Below are positions 40,301-47,825 of a stretch of DNA of 64,000 nucleotides, in pieces. The stretch covers positions 1 to 64,000 of IMG/VR virus record IMGVR_UViG_3300016476_000174; one strand, written 5' to 3'. Origin of the DNA: a virus. Positions within the stretch are counted from its first letter, which is position 1. Each line of letters opens with the position of its first letter. Made by a program: the position numbers and the translations under genes. Under the pieces are notes generated by a model. The model worked only from the letters and a program-made list of their open reading frames with translations. It did no database searches and was not told where the DNA came from.

Positions 40301-41062
40301 TTCAGCAGCACCAACACCAATACGCATACCAGATGCTAGTCTAGCTAAGTTAGCTCCTAGTTGCAGTTTACTTAAAGCAATACCAGGAACCCAAGCTGAT
40401 GCTAAGAAAGCTAAACCATCTACAGCATCAGTCATCCAAAAATCACCATCTGTAAATGCTCTTGACCAAAAACCTTTATCTCTATCTGCAGCTTCTTGAT
40501 ATGTAGGTAACCAATCGTTTTTAACTTTATCGTCTAAAGATCTAAAGATTTCAGAAAATCCATTATCAGATGCTTTACTAATAATATCTGCATCCCAATT
40601 ATCTGAATCTAATAGACCACCAATATAACCAATACCTTCACCAGTCTTACTAACAATACCTAATCCAAGTCTACCTAAACCTTTACCAAAAGTTTTAAAT
40701 GCACCTTCTTGCTCACCGTAAAAGTTATCATTGTCTATACCATAGATATAACCATAGTCAGTACCTTCGTACTTTCTAGCTTTTTCATAAGGTACAACTT
40801 TAGGATCTACCCATGATTCTTTAGCAAGAGGAAATGCTCTATCACCCTGTACAATAACAGCATTAAGAGCATCATCATAAGATTTATATTTACTTCTTGG
40901 TGGATCTTGTTGAGGAACCGCAAACTGCTGTTCAGGCTGATCCATAGGTACTTGTTCTACAGGAGCATTCTCAACTGGAACTTCTTCTGTACTAGGCAAA
41001 CCTTCTATAGTGTTTTCAGGTAATGTAGATAAGTAGTCTTGCTCAAAAGTATTTTCAGCCAT
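28349..41062 (-). CDS. Virion RNA polymerase polyprotein (crAss-like), 4237 aa
   Basis: Catalytic GSDFDIDK (DFDID at 31067-31081), RIPTQG and FVDGAKD; internal NADAR and zincin-like domains. Confidence 0.9.
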   Translation of the reverse strand: MAENTFEQDYLSTLPENTIEGLPSTEEVPVENAPVEQVPMDQPEQQFAVPQQDPPRSKYKSYDDALNAVIVQGDRAFPLAKESWVDPKVVPYEKARKYEGTDYGYIYGIDNDNFYGEQEGAFKTFGKGLGRLGLGIVSKTGEGIGYIGGLLDSDNWDADIISKASDNGFSEIFRSLDDKVKNDWLPTYQEAADRDKGFWSRAFTDGDFWMTDAVDGLAFLASAWVPGIALSKLQLGANLARLASGMRIGVGAAEAAIEGAGAAVNYTKSAANAFSKLDKFNAWALATASESMYEAKAVKDKVMDSLSYDEFGRTRYKEDGTPYSDEEKARIAGAASQNTFLMNAALLAATNAVELKWLGQAFGKTPGIAGAVTGAAELGESMGVRTATSGIERFLSSKKGAFLTGVAEGVGVEGYLEENGQLAIQRINEAYGTSGRMADLSNTSEVFKQYFKQTADALMGKDTEASISIGIGGILGGIGAGIGGVRQFNRDQAATQAAVEMYNAAQENWLKFGNIYKTKVVDSTDAEGNPTKVEKIVYDENNQPILDEKRIAAVTSSFRAVNSALEESTKVDDKFKKDALRDTAFAQFVVAHINAGVEGTIDQKLDAVRKSDPEQIAKLGFVLGDDIDTQINRYKGLAASIIKQNKLMNSDIMFDDTQDDVARKNKMINMAAEQAAYKTILNDLLTEVTEVKNDLLSTENSSLSDGIVDQLNEYQYRIKSQEEVIAAMQKKGFVTNLETVAQEVLDGLKKSFDKLQKDNETTVSSLQKDENGFFKYEKEDRNQPGISDNLNKKIKLKGELQNHIKSIGLEWAKYADTINGKENFLQSLADEMLSVVDSQLKEQASKPKPVSQPIPIATKKLSVTYKTEDDVENTIEFNTGDVYTATDPETAEVTKLEVMDINEEDSSVTIKLNDGDPVVIDAEELAATLDKEGFKKQETKKPRKKAVKKDVDEEGQEETEELEDNETVTTFSKTNKQPKFEEVGFNKTFGRQYLDEEDTVPNEENGTDRFFAFTAKYNLARRGYALKVITADNDTFDIRDTEYNANDIKVVVVKKQPQQDGSTKYAYVNVNNELIPEGEENKSNIIYRSLAGIDTWTVDRVKKEYTVDSETTDEEIQAAIDAEKAYQQSISDRIKAGEEVYLDVVTAMPGVQRIEYTSAVGEDGKRQLAKAEVEGRVITENPDFTDLRSVSNPDVNIGLRVSTGRGVVMAGVQPGRLVMQEYTMENGKKIYGDKVIRVFNRDLTDVEKDTVIKAFVRLSELYIQKYGYNAASGKKKKKPLSTADQAEMSIIEDYLKHVLNWSRPVKGKSSDKYFWVQSGLHRGNLVIPFTKEDILKNRDKLVKGVTHHVNNKALQDNDSFSTIKFVKGKAVLDKSFDTYEEYLLAKRDDGTTPPVYSSLPLYNSNTPQRTQVQIMWKDPSVVEPEVEQEEKVSKKKPIAKIKGSSELMDDKIDEFLDMSRNDIDINGVKVSFVVQAGGFAIKIQKGNFKPKMSKTFANQKEIQDSRSEILKNITQATGYVYGANRGLKQLAAQATQKAAEAKVTAQQPTAPVVQATKPVINVYWSGPENETNTKLLSNLAPRTFTWNGADYGSVEHAYQSNKSGTFDQATYDKYVAVGGYGTKIRGKAVKKGFDNLQLMRDLVVESFKQNPTDAQLLLKYSDFTHTTKEVIDEAFLEGLRLAQKNAQAGVTSDVTPSQEVTVQEGPFFSVEEAVANAVPENGKLYASVSQMNVKTQEVVKLAEATIAIPSGNINAAKALLTKALIAQLDTDSEEPPFRLDIGEMEATEDFAKLAKFMKEKLPMFPVKKMGHLIHGKGLGAFMRGAIHIYENAGLGTGFHEAFEAVWGTFLTQDEKLELAAEFKAREGSFYNKFTKDTKPYSQASLYDVREMLAEEFREYILLDNSIGNKIANFFKNLWKAIQGLFSMSPKDKTEMNSVIKDLFKKIGAGGFKNARFIKDSRLTGPAYKAVADLTQKDTSDILEGLNYYFFTELFKQGNNIDSILGKLDKKESNALLNNLWNTATEQVIGNLSVVSPKIKSIVEAYKDDFYREFKKNLDRYGVIFSEIEEDENNVTDTLGIRDAITIDPRSMTSTNVMLLIASLPQTSVVRGKTVLVKNDLNQPRLVNSDRVHTTLLNELSNVVSVIDKDGIRKNTLDLMFQKLDKKYKTADNNYRENYGWVRNLKLRLKYENNLGMKVPASTLNKEDVLLRVSFTKSFSNARFSPEKLIVSDEGYIYNTNPLININEERIRNEWANNLKVAVQNKQTNLVKIDSAGRMMINRKSDDYIELMDTAKNRSSYDLATALNALSVLGIEFNASLNDLAPFENSIREQTLQILDVMKSGEIEDVADLFGRTIVGGRINTLIAIESKFNSEDNILSYNNAEGQQQFSVGQPSLLSNMINILNTVSSQEELVQTAPWLGFIDEDGEVILHAYQTNSELLKKGGRLFDINGKRKNNSELTFHVISGLGITEVDGNNTAKLQFPERVANKIHFLLNNVVFSNINSDKSTEYGIGIPGKLMASRRDIQRMLTADDKGIVDMYMNHLYDEMYAATIQADSPVNIQYYRDAVFNLGHFRDIVGADLIAKFNKQVITDDMDFEEFIEENRELLEDKITTYINNKTEDTVAFLKDLDIFIKPDSFKSDLYITDAIDNDSLDEMLGIKDTQTLNYKAGGYDSELKSRSGYTEDNLRTIAAILSLNEELLLTEQHKLIYGHPALYKDLPKRANGATSTKEAFVEDSDIVAWMDDNMVRNDGKLRSEETHQTIKNISFKDMDVVSAFHKDIAQSTYAEMIASGIVKEQAEKKIGARFDEQGQITGFILNKKKEFTGMIKAYMNLVEADAMAMGLPDVVRDILFMSGKFTAQREAQWDYEIAYETLVRSGAMPNAKGETIKKGDPRYKKATKAEIEAAQETFDKGNPGYVFEMLKPQYFGYAKTDNITHPVFLKHALQPKFYRHVEGNQFEKLYIAAQKDKVDVIGFESGEKVGNVTTAEGTFLPIYNELGEVNVVTSNKGYELPTDLPRQELYSRFYGIQVEQSSKPKEFVVKGTQITKQVMSNFYENGAPINERIGGLIQEYNETIREMMRLGKEELLKELGLERKGDTQYEAKDISRLVKILRREAESRDLPDNMINAINYIVNQDDTQSLEYEFDTLINRDKIDNILNSILDSRIISQKMRGKSSPQAASTLYEAAPRNYVYLKDGVYKTLTKSELKGLTEEERASIHMQSSDLKFYHSKDGKIKGVEMYITWPYKEVTPEELGLKLVNGIYLMPEGGIKGMDNELLKAIGFRIPTQGMNSIESIIIKGFTPAANGDMVVVPSEIVGKAGSDFDIDKLNIYLGNYYVDILGKNYSGQEFRDFMIKDMMSAGADQTYVNNVMNIITPEQFKQINESTYTDRGKLNKGAKTSLSDISASKETQEDLAFIKASLTRYNASVKGQKVIRYINPTLGTKESLQNKLINITSELILSPENYAQLVAPNTTDTLKDLAEEIKGWKVDAGTKQLEDEKSPTYLRTFIGSNSIRERYLTAKRMVGIAAVHSTFHVMAQVSGLKLNNKYSSKGIYYLNAKGEDTKTINIKLDHHGEDENGLYSIGHRLDKAGAFISELISQALSGFVDGAKDPFVFDLNFSLNTASTWFYLQHHGVPVEEIAYFFNQPVLDSLFKEISKNRSSFKVINGENLTRKELFYKVIAPYYNKVVGGDLQAMLAGAAQSSKAQEDALQNLILAELNEIRDEIKKFDSKELIKAIKDGSNADPRLQIAVLMDYVEYEAQSRLMSNFMQAIGYDTNKTKTVQENMLQIGRWERSKQENFINNPEAILENTFLGEMKDQKEDVFSMFRNFFITLSPEIQEVFQPLYDKIDNPEFFIMKDDAINLINRYQNFVIAYLLHTTSYVNAEGKQEVLNTMYQDLFTGENSFASTLYKYKNSEDPNISDNLIIKELVPIMTDDATKTDNIMLFRNKMDTFQINNVIESYNNLRSYGEKTGDEALVKFADDLAKFSILQSGLQSSFIDYKKVLSTEIYSELVKTILDRFKLDPVISVDQVWKSFHQNNWYNRSIVPKAPAWVRIKNGELAISPNSSITLNDFLIKYVRDPKISKEEFKKMKKDKSLANAFQPILFQKTDQKDKKGKLIYIPISKAGNRNRMLEIYNNDQESILPGNVMQMETQAALTAAEGYVSAKELMRQPGFIKAMEELKGEKIQNNGLKALAENAVKDMKENKDIEDIITKKEEESVKCNKGK

Positions 41063-41077
41063 AAAAGTACAGAGTTA

Positions 41078-43459
41078 TTATTTTGCGTTTAATATAGTAC
41101 CTAATGCATCTGGATTATTAGCTAATGCTGACGCAGTAGAGTAAGCTTGTAATGTTGAACCGAAAGGATAGTCCACAGGTTTACCGTTTACATGTAAAAT
41201 GTAACTATGACTTTCAGGTGTATTACCATATAATTTTTTAATAAAGAAAGTAGGATTTCCTGCTTTTCCAGAAATATTAAAATCAACACTAGTTCTTTGA
41301 GAACCAGCAGTACCTGAATATACTTCTAAACCAGATAATATACTTCTATGTAATGGATTAATACCATTAAAAGGATCTAATCTTGGAGCAATTGTTGGAG
41401 CAATTTTACCTACAGTAAAAACATCTGTTTTATCATTGTATGTAACTTGTTCAGTTCCAAGTTTAGCTTTTAAATCTGCAGCTAATTTAGTTCTATCTAC
41501 AGGATTTGTAGCTAAAGCATCATCTAATTTAAATGACATTTCATAATTATCAGCAGAAGGAAACCAAGAAATACCAGACACTTTGCCTTCTAATCCAGTA
41601 ATTGCTTCTAAATACCCTTTAGTTGTTTTATATCTTGTATCACCAGTACTTAAAGTAAAGCCTTGTTTATTTACTGATGTAACTGTATTAGTTTCCGAAT
41701 TAAACTTTTCTTTTAAACTTCTAAACTTAGCTTCAAGTTCTTCTCCTCTTTTTCCACCAATACCTAATTGTCCACCAGCAATAATACCAGCAGTATAATT
41801 AGCTACTCTTAAATCATTAGTTGCACGTGATCCTCCAGTAGGAGATGTCTCATAATAGTTCTTACCTACATTAATTTTGATAGGTTGACCATTAGGAACT
41901 AATGATGGCATTGTTCTAACATAAGTTTTTCCAACTGGGTCCCATTCTACTTTACCAGTAGATGTAGCTATATTAGCTTGTTTCTGTTGACGGTACTGTT
42001 GTAAAAGAGCATAATCACTACCCATTTGTTCTTGAGCATATCTTTCAGCATCTTTACTCCAGTTATCTTTCCATTGTTTAGCTACTTCTAATCCTCTAGA
42101 CGCATTAACAAATGCCATAGCTTTAGGATGATTAGGATGACTATTAATCCAAGCATCAACATCATTTTGTGTTAAGTTTGCACCAGTCTTACCGGCATAC
42201 TTTTGATTTCTATCAGTAGCAACAATATAGTCTTTAAGTTCTAAGAAAGTAGATTTTTGAACTTTTTCAGCATCTGCAACTTTTTGTGTTAAGCCGCCAT
42301 AACTAGTTGTTACTTTCTCACCTTCTCTGCTAACAGGCAACATTGGCAACTCTTCTTTAGCAGCTTTTCTAGTCTTCTCATTTTCTTCTCTATCAAAAGC
42401 CATACGAGCATACATCATAGCCACTTGATTAAAACCAATAGTTTGCTCTATATCTGTATGAGAAAAACCATTAGCTATACGACCAACAGTTTGACCAATG
42501 TAAATATTTTCAGCTAACTTCTGAGCATTCTTTTTAAGGAATGAAACATCTCCTTGTTGAATACTCTGAATATTACCGTTTATTTCTTTAGCTCTTTCTG
42601 TATAAAAATCTCTTTCTTGTTGTAAAACTTTAATTTTAGTTTGATCTTTCTCTCCTTTAAGCTCAGCGTTAACTTGATTAATTCTGTTATTGATTAAAGG
42701 TAAATCTTCAGAAGCTTGATTAATATACAAACCAGCTACTGAGTTAAGATCAGGATATTTAACAGCAGCTTCAATACGCATCTGCTGTTTAGCTTTATCA
42801 GAAAGTACAGAACTTAAATACTTATTGATCTCTTCTTTTGTATAAGAAGCATCTTTGGTAGTAACCATGTACATACCATTAACTTTTTCAACCTTAGTAG
42901 AACTAGGTTTAAAGTCTTTCATTTTATCTTGAACCTCTTTATTCCAATCATAGTATGGAGTAAAAGATCTTCTATTAGAATAGTAATCACCTACAGTAGA
43001 AATATCATCTTTAGCAAAGGCTTGTCTCTGCATACGTACATAGTTGATATTATCATCACTGTACTCTTTACCACCGTCTTTTAATCTAAATGATTCTGCA
43101 ATGCCTTCTTGCTGATCCCAGTGAGCTGTTAAAGCCATATCACCAAGAACACTACGGTTTTTTACAAAAGGTTCAAATACAGCAGCAGCTGATTTAACAT
43201 TTTGCTGTTGTGATAAATCTAGAGAGGATAAATTTTTAAGGTTCTCTTGAGCTTGTTTAAGAAATGTATCTCTAACCTGTACACTGTACGGATTAGTTAC
43301 ACCTCTGTTTACAAAACTATAGGCACTATTAACTTGAGCAAATCCTTGCTCATATAGTCCCTGTCTCCTTCTTAGCATTTTGTCTAAAAAAGAGAAGTCA
43401 GGTGTAAACAGAGCTGGCTCTGGAATTACGTCAGTTATGTTAGGTAAGTAGGTTGCCAT
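41078..43459 (-). CDS. Virion cargo/ejection protein (RNAP-associated)
   Basis: 793 aa, helical; upstream of the RNAP gene as in crAss-like phages. Confidence 0.6.
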   Translation of the reverse strand: MATYLPNITDVIPEPALFTPDFSFLDKMLRRRQGLYEQGFAQVNSAYSFVNRGVTNPYSVQVRDTFLKQAQENLKNLSSLDLSQQQNVKSAAAVFEPFVKNRSVLGDMALTAHWDQQEGIAESFRLKDGGKEYSDDNINYVRMQRQAFAKDDISTVGDYYSNRRSFTPYYDWNKEVQDKMKDFKPSSTKVEKVNGMYMVTTKDASYTKEEINKYLSSVLSDKAKQQMRIEAAVKYPDLNSVAGLYINQASEDLPLINNRINQVNAELKGEKDQTKIKVLQQERDFYTERAKEINGNIQSIQQGDVSFLKKNAQKLAENIYIGQTVGRIANGFSHTDIEQTIGFNQVAMMYARMAFDREENEKTRKAAKEELPMLPVSREGEKVTTSYGGLTQKVADAEKVQKSTFLELKDYIVATDRNQKYAGKTGANLTQNDVDAWINSHPNHPKAMAFVNASRGLEVAKQWKDNWSKDAERYAQEQMGSDYALLQQYRQQKQANIATSTGKVEWDPVGKTYVRTMPSLVPNGQPIKINVGKNYYETSPTGGSRATNDLRVANYTAGIIAGGQLGIGGKRGEELEAKFRSLKEKFNSETNTVTSVNKQGFTLSTGDTRYKTTKGYLEAITGLEGKVSGISWFPSADNYEMSFKLDDALATNPVDRTKLAADLKAKLGTEQVTYNDKTDVFTVGKIAPTIAPRLDPFNGINPLHRSILSGLEVYSGTAGSQRTSVDFNISGKAGNPTFFIKKLYGNTPESHSYILHVNGKPVDYPFGSTLQAYSTASALANNPDALGTILNAK

Positions 43460-43462
43460 ATG

Positions 43463-43498
43463 CTACATTATAAATATACAAAAAAATCTTTAAAGTTT
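43463..43498 (-). promoter_or_regulatory. Candidate phage late-promoter motif, copy 2
   Basis: Minus strand AAACTTTAAAGATTTTTTTGTATATTTATAATGTAG, ending 3 nt before ATG 43459. Confidence 0.55.
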
Positions 43499-43528
43499 AG
43501 AACTAAACTTCATAGGTTTACAAATTAA

Positions 43529-46500
43529 TTATTGACCCCATGGTCCAACCATACCACTTAAGGCTGCATTATACATAGCTGGCATACCTTGAGCCATAGT
43601 AGTTCTTACACTATTTGGTATTCCATCATAGTCAGTATCTGAGTAAGTCATTCTTCCACCAGATAGTTGAGCAATAGCTTGTTTTTCTGCATTAGCCTCA
43701 GTCATTCCTAAACGAAGATACTGATTTTTTAATGTAGGAAAATTAGACATAGCTCCAACTGATCCCATAGAACCTGCACCAAAACCTTGTGAACCAAGTT
43801 TGCTAGGATCATATCCTTCTTTAAAGAAAGATAAACCTGTTCTAGGATCAACATTATAAATAGGATTAACTTTGTTAACCATGTCTAAATACATTCTATT
43901 AGCAAATGCATTATTGGCTGCTTTAGTAATACCAGCTAAGTATTTTCTACGAGCATTTTCTAAGTTTTGCTTAGTTGTAACAAAACCTTCCCAACGTTTA
44001 TCTCTTGCTGCAGCATTGTAAGCATTATTAGCAGTTTTACGTTGTAACTCTTGAGCCATAAATTGATTAGCTCTATCTACGTTACGAGAGTCTGTTTGAG
44101 CAATATCTTGAGCTACACCTTCACCAGTTTGACCTGCTAAGAAAGAAAGGTTAGAAGCCATAGCTGTACCAGGCTGATATTGACCTAATGTATTAGCAGC
44201 TATGTTATATGTCTGCTGTCTTTGTTGTGCTTTAGATAACCAGTCCTCTAAGGCAAGATCTCCTTGTCTATAAGGTAAGTCTGCAACTGAAGGAAGATAA
44301 GCCTGTGGCGGTACCAATCCTGCAGTTAATAATGCTAATTTATCAGGAGTTAAGAATCCAGCTCTTTCAGGAGTCTTATTACCAGTGGTAATTTTATTAG
44401 GAGTTATTGATCCAGTACATTGCATAGCAGCAGCTTGTCTTGATCCTACAGCTCCATCAGCAGCCATAGCTTCTGCATCCATATAAGATGATTCAACAAT
44501 CATTGGATTACCAGCTTCATCAACTCCTGTACACTTATAACCAATAGGAGATCTAGCTGGAACCATTTTAGGTTTTGTACGATAACTATCAAAGTGCTCA
44601 GCACCAATCATCATGTCATCACCTAATTGTGTACGATAGTCTGAACCAACAAACTTTTCTGCAAATTTAGGATAGAACTGTTTTTCAAAGAAGTTCTTAT
44701 TAGAATAAAGACTCTTCTTATTTTTTAATTGTTCATCACTTAAGTTAGATACATCTACACCAAGTTCTTTAAAATATGCTTTACGAATATCTAATTCACT
44801 CATATTCTTTACAGCATCTTCACCTAATGTATCTTCTACAACTCTACGCTCATACATATCAGGACTGTATCCACCAAAGAATCCAGCTTTTTTACCTTTA
44901 CTACTTTTAAAAGTTAATCCTGGTGTAGAACTTTGAATAACATTATATACTCTATTACCTTTTGCGTCTTTTCTACTAAAACCAAACTTACCAGATAAAC
45001 GAGCAAACTCTTTTGCATCATCTGGAGACATGTTGCTAATATTATAAGAACCTTTTACTAACTTATTATCATACTTTTTTAGTAGCTGATCATACTTAGC
45101 AAATTCTGGATCATTAAGATCAGCTAATGTTTTAGGAGATATAGTTTGATCAATTATCTCATTAGCATCTGGAACACGTGTAGGTTTAGAAGCAGCTTGA
45201 CGTCTATCTAGGTCTTGTAATAAAGCTTGTTGTTGAACTAAGTTAGCAGCTTGAGGAAAAATTTGATATGGGTTTAAAGGATCAATAACTTGACCAGCTA
45301 ATTGATACTCAGGAATATAACCACCATATGCTGCAATAGGCATTTCATCTTGTACACCTTTTGCTACTGCAGGAAGACCTTGTGGAAATCCTTTCATCTG
45401 TTCTTGTATAGTAGCCAATGCTGATAGCTTCTTACGATAGTTTGTAAGCATCAGTTGAGCTGTATCTTTAGAAATAGGATCTGACTCTGGATCTTCTACA
45501 ATAGCTTTATACTTATTGATATCATATTTCTTAGCAAGTTCTGCAGGAGTATATCCACCTGCTTTAGGAGACTTACCAAACATTGTTAGTATAGCAGGAT
45601 CTTTAATCTTCATCTTTTTAGTATCTGAGAAAATAAAGCTACCTTCTGGAACATTAAGAGGTACACCACCTTGACTGTGACGCTTACCACTAATCTTCAT
45701 ATGTTCTAATCCACCATCACCATCTATATCACCATATATAGTTTCACCACCTTCTGCTTCTATATTAGCAGCATAACGTGGTACTTCTTGAATAGTACTT
45801 GATACAGAGTCAGCTTTACCGGCTGGCATTTCAGTTTGTACTCTACGTTGACCAAGATCTAAGCCATAGCCATTTTGACCACCATATTCAAACTCTAAGT
45901 TTTCTGGCTTACCAGTTATTCTAATCTTTATCATATTACTTGTATTAGCAAAATTCTCTTCTCCACCCATTTGAAACATGCCCTCATTAGGTTTACGTGT
46001 TACATTTTCACGGAATCTACCAGTATTAATATCAGCATTACCTCTAAACATAGGACTAACAGCTTGATTATCAAACTGGTTTTGCCTATAAGCTCTTTCA
46101 AAATCTTTAAGTTTTTGATTTTGACCAAAGTAATCCACAACAGCTCCTGTTGCTAAAAAAGCATCTGACCAATCAGATACATTATTAGCCATATCTACAG
46201 TGTTTTGATTAAATAAAGGTTTTCTTTTATTAGGATTAACAATAGCAGGACTATCTTTTATAGGAGTTCCTTTGCTATTATCTACAGCAAACTGCATAGT
46301 AGGTTCACCAAAATCACCCACTGTACTTCTAGATCCATCTGGATTAATAGTAGTTACTTTAGGTAAAGGTGGTAATGTGTTTTGTCCCATTACTCCAGAA
46401 AAGAATGAAGGAGTGTTATTAATAGGAGTTACAGTTTTTTGTTTACTACCATAATAAGACTGAATTTGAGCAATGTCATTATTCATAAGCTCTTCTTGTT

Positions 46501-46609
46501 GCTTTATAATAGCAGCATCAGCTGGATTATTTGGATCTAGCGTTCTTCCATTATAAGTATAACCTGTCTGAGCTTTAGGTAGTCCTTTTTTTATAATACG
46601 TATTTTCAT
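43529..46609 (-). CDS. Virion cargo protein with xxxGG linkers
   Basis: NIEAEGGE...GKRHSQGGVP...FIFSD domain typical of crAss-like structural proteins; FQMGG, FEYGG and AAYGG linkers. Confidence 0.7.
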   Translation of the reverse strand: MKIRIIKKGLPKAQTGYTYNGRTLDPNNPADAAIIKQQEELMNNDIAQIQSYYGSKQKTVTPINNTPSFFSGVMGQNTLPPLPKVTTINPDGSRSTVGDFGEPTMQFAVDNSKGTPIKDSPAIVNPNKRKPLFNQNTVDMANNVSDWSDAFLATGAVVDYFGQNQKLKDFERAYRQNQFDNQAVSPMFRGNADINTGRFRENVTRKPNEGMFQMGGEENFANTSNMIKIRITGKPENLEFEYGGQNGYGLDLGQRRVQTEMPAGKADSVSSTIQEVPRYAANIEAEGGETIYGDIDGDGGLEHMKISGKRHSQGGVPLNVPEGSFIFSDTKKMKIKDPAILTMFGKSPKAGGYTPAELAKKYDINKYKAIVEDPESDPISKDTAQLMLTNYRKKLSALATIQEQMKGFPQGLPAVAKGVQDEMPIAAYGGYIPEYQLAGQVIDPLNPYQIFPQAANLVQQQALLQDLDRRQAASKPTRVPDANEIIDQTISPKTLADLNDPEFAKYDQLLKKYDNKLVKGSYNISNMSPDDAKEFARLSGKFGFSRKDAKGNRVYNVIQSSTPGLTFKSSKGKKAGFFGGYSPDMYERRVVEDTLGEDAVKNMSELDIRKAYFKELGVDVSNLSDEQLKNKKSLYSNKNFFEKQFYPKFAEKFVGSDYRTQLGDDMMIGAEHFDSYRTKPKMVPARSPIGYKCTGVDEAGNPMIVESSYMDAEAMAADGAVGSRQAAAMQCTGSITPNKITTGNKTPERAGFLTPDKLALLTAGLVPPQAYLPSVADLPYRQGDLALEDWLSKAQQRQQTYNIAANTLGQYQPGTAMASNLSFLAGQTGEGVAQDIAQTDSRNVDRANQFMAQELQRKTANNAYNAAARDKRWEGFVTTKQNLENARRKYLAGITKAANNAFANRMYLDMVNKVNPIYNVDPRTGLSFFKEGYDPSKLGSQGFGAGSMGSVGAMSNFPTLKNQYLRLGMTEANAEKQAIAQLSGGRMTYSDTDYDGIPNSVRTTMAQGMPAMYNAALSGMVGPWGQ

Positions 46610-46611
46610 AA

Positions 46612-47814
46612 TTACATTATTTCAAACTGATAACCTTGTTGACGAAGAAGTTCTAACTGCTCTGGAGATACATCTAATACTTCACCTTCTACTGGACCAC
46701 CTGCTTGCTTAGCAAAGTTCTTAGCAAAGTTAGCTTTTTTTCTCATAGCAGGACTATACTTTCCTTCTGGTGCATTAAGTATTGCAGAAGCAGCTTCTTG
46801 TACTCCCATACCCATACGAGTAGCTTGAGCTTTAAACGTTCCTTTCTTAGATGGATCTAAATGAATACCTCCTTGCTCCATCATCTCTACAGAATAATTA
46901 GCAGGAAATGACATATCATATTCTGGAATAAATCCACCACCTTGATAAAATGCATTACCACTATATGTAGAACCACCATCTTTCCATGTAGCTCTTGCAA
47001 AAGCTCTAAAGAAAGGATTAGCTTCTAAGTTCTTTTTATGTCTAGCATAGAATGCTTTCTTACGTTCAGGATCTTTAGGATGTTGTCCTAGTTTAGAATC
47101 ACCAAAGTATTTAACTGTACCATCTGGACCTGTTACTTTATGTGTTTTACCTTTACGATCATTACTTCTAGTTACAGTATAGCCACCATTAGCCATCTCC
47201 TGCATCTCATCTTCTTCTTCCATCTCTTCACCTTTTCCCTGAGCTTCTAGATTATACATCATATAATCAGCAATAGCATCAGCTGAATGATCCATTACAG
47301 CAAGCTTAGATGCAATCCACGGATCTAAATTTTGATCAGGAGAAACAAACTGACGTAACTTACTCATCTTATCTACAACGGCAGCCATTTGTCCTAATGC
47401 CATGCCACCATTAGGTTCACCACCTTCTTCCATAAATTGATTACCCCCATACATCATTTCCGGAATATATCCACCATAAGCATAACCATAGTCAGACATT
47501 TGATCAAGATTACCTGCAGCTGCAAAACGTGCACGTGCAATTTCTGGTGGCATCTTTTCTCCACCTTCTGCCATGTTATCCATAATCTTTTGCTGAACAG
47601 CAGGAGGTAAAGCATTAAAGCCTGGGTTATCTGGTGTACCACCATCTCCCATTACTTCCATACCATACTCAGCTTTACGCCAAGTACCACCTTTAGATTT
47701 ATACCACTTAGCAGCCCATCCATTTGCATAGGCACTAGGATAGACATCAAATTTTTGTTTAGCCATAGACTTAGCTCTAGACCACAAGGCAGGATTATTA
47801 GGTTTGTTTGCCAT
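46612..47814 (-). CDS. Modular protein of short domains separated by Phi-x-x-GG motifs
   Basis: About 10 xxxGG motifs; modules PSAYANG, FGD...RKKAFYARH and KKANFAKN. Confidence 0.7.
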   Translation of the reverse strand: MANKPNNPALWSRAKSMAKQKFDVYPSAYANGWAAKWYKSKGGTWRKAEYGMEVMGDGGTPDNPGFNALPPAVQQKIMDNMAEGGEKMPPEIARARFAAAGNLDQMSDYGYAYGGYIPEMMYGGNQFMEEGGEPNGGMALGQMAAVVDKMSKLRQFVSPDQNLDPWIASKLAVMDHSADAIADYMMYNLEAQGKGEEMEEEDEMQEMANGGYTVTRSNDRKGKTHKVTGPDGTVKYFGDSKLGQHPKDPERKKAFYARHKKNLEANPFFRAFARATWKDGGSTYSGNAFYQGGGFIPEYDMSFPANYSVEMMEQGGIHLDPSKKGTFKAQATRMGMGVQEAASAILNAPEGKYSPAMRKKANFAKNFAKQAGGPVEGEVLDVSPEQLELLRQQGYQFEIM

Positions 47815-47825
47815 GATTAATATAC

